Shown: positions 61,014 through 64,000 of the stretch, piece by piece
How positions within the stretch are numbered: the first letter of the stretch is position 1
How the letters are laid out: each line of letters begins with the position of its first letter
Assembly: GCA_043228905.1 (NCBI GenBank)
Contig: JBHGNT010000011.1
Coordinates: 20,212,001 to 20,276,000, forward strand
Direction: 5' to 3'
Origin: Azolla caroliniana
Lineage: Eukaryota > Plantae > Polypodiophyta
Length of the DNA stretch: 64,000 nt
The notes under the pieces: generated by a model
Told to the model about the DNA's origin: nothing
What the model saw: the letters and a program-made list of their open reading frames with translations, nothing else
Database searches by the model: none
Translations under genes and position numbers: made by a program

Positions 61014-61895
61014 TGGCTCTGACGAACGGGATCTTGACGTCTTACACAGACCTCTGTTAGTGCCTATGCTTAGCAACAGTTATTGGCAGGATTTTTGTGG
61101 ATTTTGATAGTTTTTTTGTGGAGTTGAAGTTGTGGTGGAGGTAATTGTGTTGGACATTGTCTGGTATGTTTTGGAAAGTTCCCAGAATTGAGTAATTGTG
61201 GAATCTCAAGTAACTGATTGAAACTTTGCATTGCAATTATGTCAATCTATTATAGAAGCAAATGCTTCTTAATGAGAATGTAATGTAATAAGTTGCCATT
61301 GCATGATCATGAATTTGCTTGTCTGGTCAATGATGAATGGAAAATCCAGTTTATTTATAACCATCAATGAGAGAATCCGTTAGGAATGAAAGGGGATTTT
61401 GATTATATGTTGGTTTGTGCAACATGTTTTGTTTACAATTACCCGAGGCAGATAAGATGGTGCTTTATCATACAACTCAATCAGGTCACCCAAGTTTAGG
61501 CTACACTTGCTTGAGCCATGTAGTGTTCCCAAGCTGTGTAAAAGCCTTTCTCTCCATGCTATCTTGTTTAATTGTTGGTTGTGAATATCTGAGTGGGTGT
61601 TAGGTTTTGTGCTATTGTGTGCAGCCAATAAAGCAAGCGCTGAGTTGGAAGAAACATATTGCTGTTGTGTTGACGAGAATGATAAGGTTCAGGATGAGGT
61701 AATGGAGTACTGTAAACCTCAATGTGGCCTCTACAGATGTTGGTGAAGAATTGCGTGAATTTCTTCACTAGAAAGTAGGCACCATGAGGTTTTATTTTTT
61801 GCTCAAAATGTGAATTTTGATTAACGCTGGGGTTGACAGTAGCCATAGAGGATGAAGTTGAATCACTCATAAGAAAGCTGGGTATGTCTGAGCTT

Positions 61896-61899
<4 letters not shown>

Positions 61900-61945
<46 letters not shown>

Positions 61946-62135
61946 ATGAACAATAGCTTTTAGCTTATCCTAGCACAAGACTTAAAACCTAAATAAGAAA
62001 TGGCAATAGCTATTTGTAACAGTAATTGGGTATGTGTGTTGTAAAATGAGTGTACTCAATGATTTATTTCAATGTCATTTGGGATTTTGAAGATGGAATT
62101 GGATTTCCATACAAAGGTAATATAGATATTCTGTA

Positions 62136-62173
<38 letters not shown>
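61900..62173. repeat. Two (CT)n microsatellites (61900-61945 and 62139-62173)
   Basis: Directly visible. Confidence 0.95.
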
Positions 62174-62176
<3 letters not shown>

Positions 62177-64000
62177 AATGATAGGGGAATTTTGCATCAT
62201 TTTATCATCACACTTGTTATGTGAGATGATGCCTCAAATGTCATAGATATCAATTCAACTCACAATTACATCTTGGGATGCTTTGAAGCTCAGTAACTAT
62301 GATGCTTGCTTGGATGGAACCTTGATATAACCTTACTTAACATTGCCAGAATCAAGGAAGAATCATCGATGAAAGAACAGTGTTGTCATGTATCTAAGGA
62401 GAAACAAAAAGGGAGATTGTCGTAAAGTATATATGTACTTGACGATATTGTGCCTATTGTGAGAAGTAGTACTTGATGACGATATAGTTTGCTGGTTTTT
62501 AGTCAATAAAAGGTATAGCATTTATATGTGATAAATTGTTTCTTTGACATTAATTACTTTATGTTTCGAGGAATCCTCTATGCAGTTGTTTCTCACCATA
62601 ACAACTTACACTATGAAAATGCGTGGGAATTTGTAATTCAAATTGACGCACATATTGCAAAGGGTAGAGGGATGCAGCTATGCTTGCATATATCCCCTTT
62701 ACTTTTACTTATAATGTAGAGGTGGTGGTAGATGAAATTAATGGGGATGTACTTCATGCTTATGATTTGTCCAAATACTAGTGGAGGAATATATTGGGGC
62801 TGGAGAAGAAGAAATGACTATGGATAGACTTGTTAAGAACTCTTCTTAATCAATAAACAAAATAAAAGTAAACTAAAGGTGAATAAATTGGATAGAAGAA
62901 CTCAATCCTCCCCACCTCCCACGAGCTATGATCAAGACATAGCCAAGATACCATTAATGTCCCATATCGAAAGGATATTAGGATGACTAGTACCTTGGGA
63001 GAGGTAACGCGATCATCGCGATGAAAGCCTACCTCACATTATTGGTGTGTCAAGACTTCAGCCATATGACGTAATGTATCTTATGAGGGTAGCTAGGCCA
63101 TCCGATATGAAACTCTTGTTGAGGATGTAGACTAATCATAACTAACTAAACCCATTAAGAAATGCACAACCTCAACTTCCTTCACATACATTGGGCCATT
63201 ATATTGTTCCAGTACCTCTTTTTTGATGTGGAGAATACATAGTGGTAAGTTGCCTCCAATTTCCTTTTGATGCTACTCTCAAACATGTAATTGACTTAGT
63301 TATGTGAAATGAATGAATGAATTGGCTTAAAGACGATTCATCTTGGGCTACGATTGCAATTTCGTCATTCTTGGATTCATAACTTTTTTGGCTCTCATTC
63401 CATGATGTTGTCAATGAGGTAGTCTTTTGCAATTCAGGTATGGAAATTCAATGCAGGACAAGTAGTCAGATCCATAGAAACAAACTGCAATTTGTTCAAG
63501 ATAACTGCATCAGTCACAAACAAATGTAAGAATGGATTTAATGCCAAGTTGTGTATCAACACTTTGTAGTGACTGACTTTGTGTGGTGTAGATGAAGGAG
63601 ATAGACTTGTGCATAAGTTGCTAGGACTAGCTAAAGTCCAAGGGAAAGCTAACTCATGAAAGCAATAGTTAGATGTTGGTATCATCAAGTGAAGTTTCCC
63701 TATTTGGAGGTGGTTTTACAGTTTGCAACAGTGTGAAGCATGAACCTCCATGAAATTTCCAAGGAGAATATGATGAATAACTGGAATATAATTGAAGGTG
63801 GAGCATTGTAGTTGAGTGCAACACTCAAATTCATGAACTAGTTCAGGGCAGAATATACATCAAAGAGAATGTGAGCTAAGTCGAATGGAAGCAATGATGC
63901 AATTTGTGGCCAAAGGGATGAGCTCTAAAATTTATGAGTGCAATTTGTGTAAAGGAAATGGTTTTGTAGTTTGGTGCGATATATGTAATTTGCATTAGAA

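Overview
Eukaryotic land-plant genomic DNA; a fern or other seedless vascular plant is inferred from the gene and TE style, not proven. Genes: first coding exon of an intron-rich CIPK kinase (-), a 2-exon ~1362-aa orphan protein with four tandem U2AF65-RRM1-like domains (+), a 4-exon small conserved Lys-rich protein (+), the meiotic crossover E3 ligase HEI10 (-), an intronless PLS-type PPR protein (-), CCDC22 (+) and an intronless H2A.W/H2A.M-like histone H2A (+). TEs: an old Copia sitting inside a ~45-bp minisatellite array and itself interrupted by an RTE-type LINE; a younger Copia (418-bp LTRs, TTCAC TSD) carrying a nested hAT with an 8-bp TSD; and an L1-like 3' fragment. Best leads: the 4x U2AF65-like RRM orphan; a possible PPR-HEI10 spliced read-through transcript plus a uORF overlapping the HEI10 start; the Copia with a duplicated PPT and an in-frame Arg-rich pol extension; and the KQPKK-tailed H2A variant. 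No prokaryote-type systems such as CRISPR are present. All gene models were built by hand from splice signals and reading-frame continuity, without database searches.
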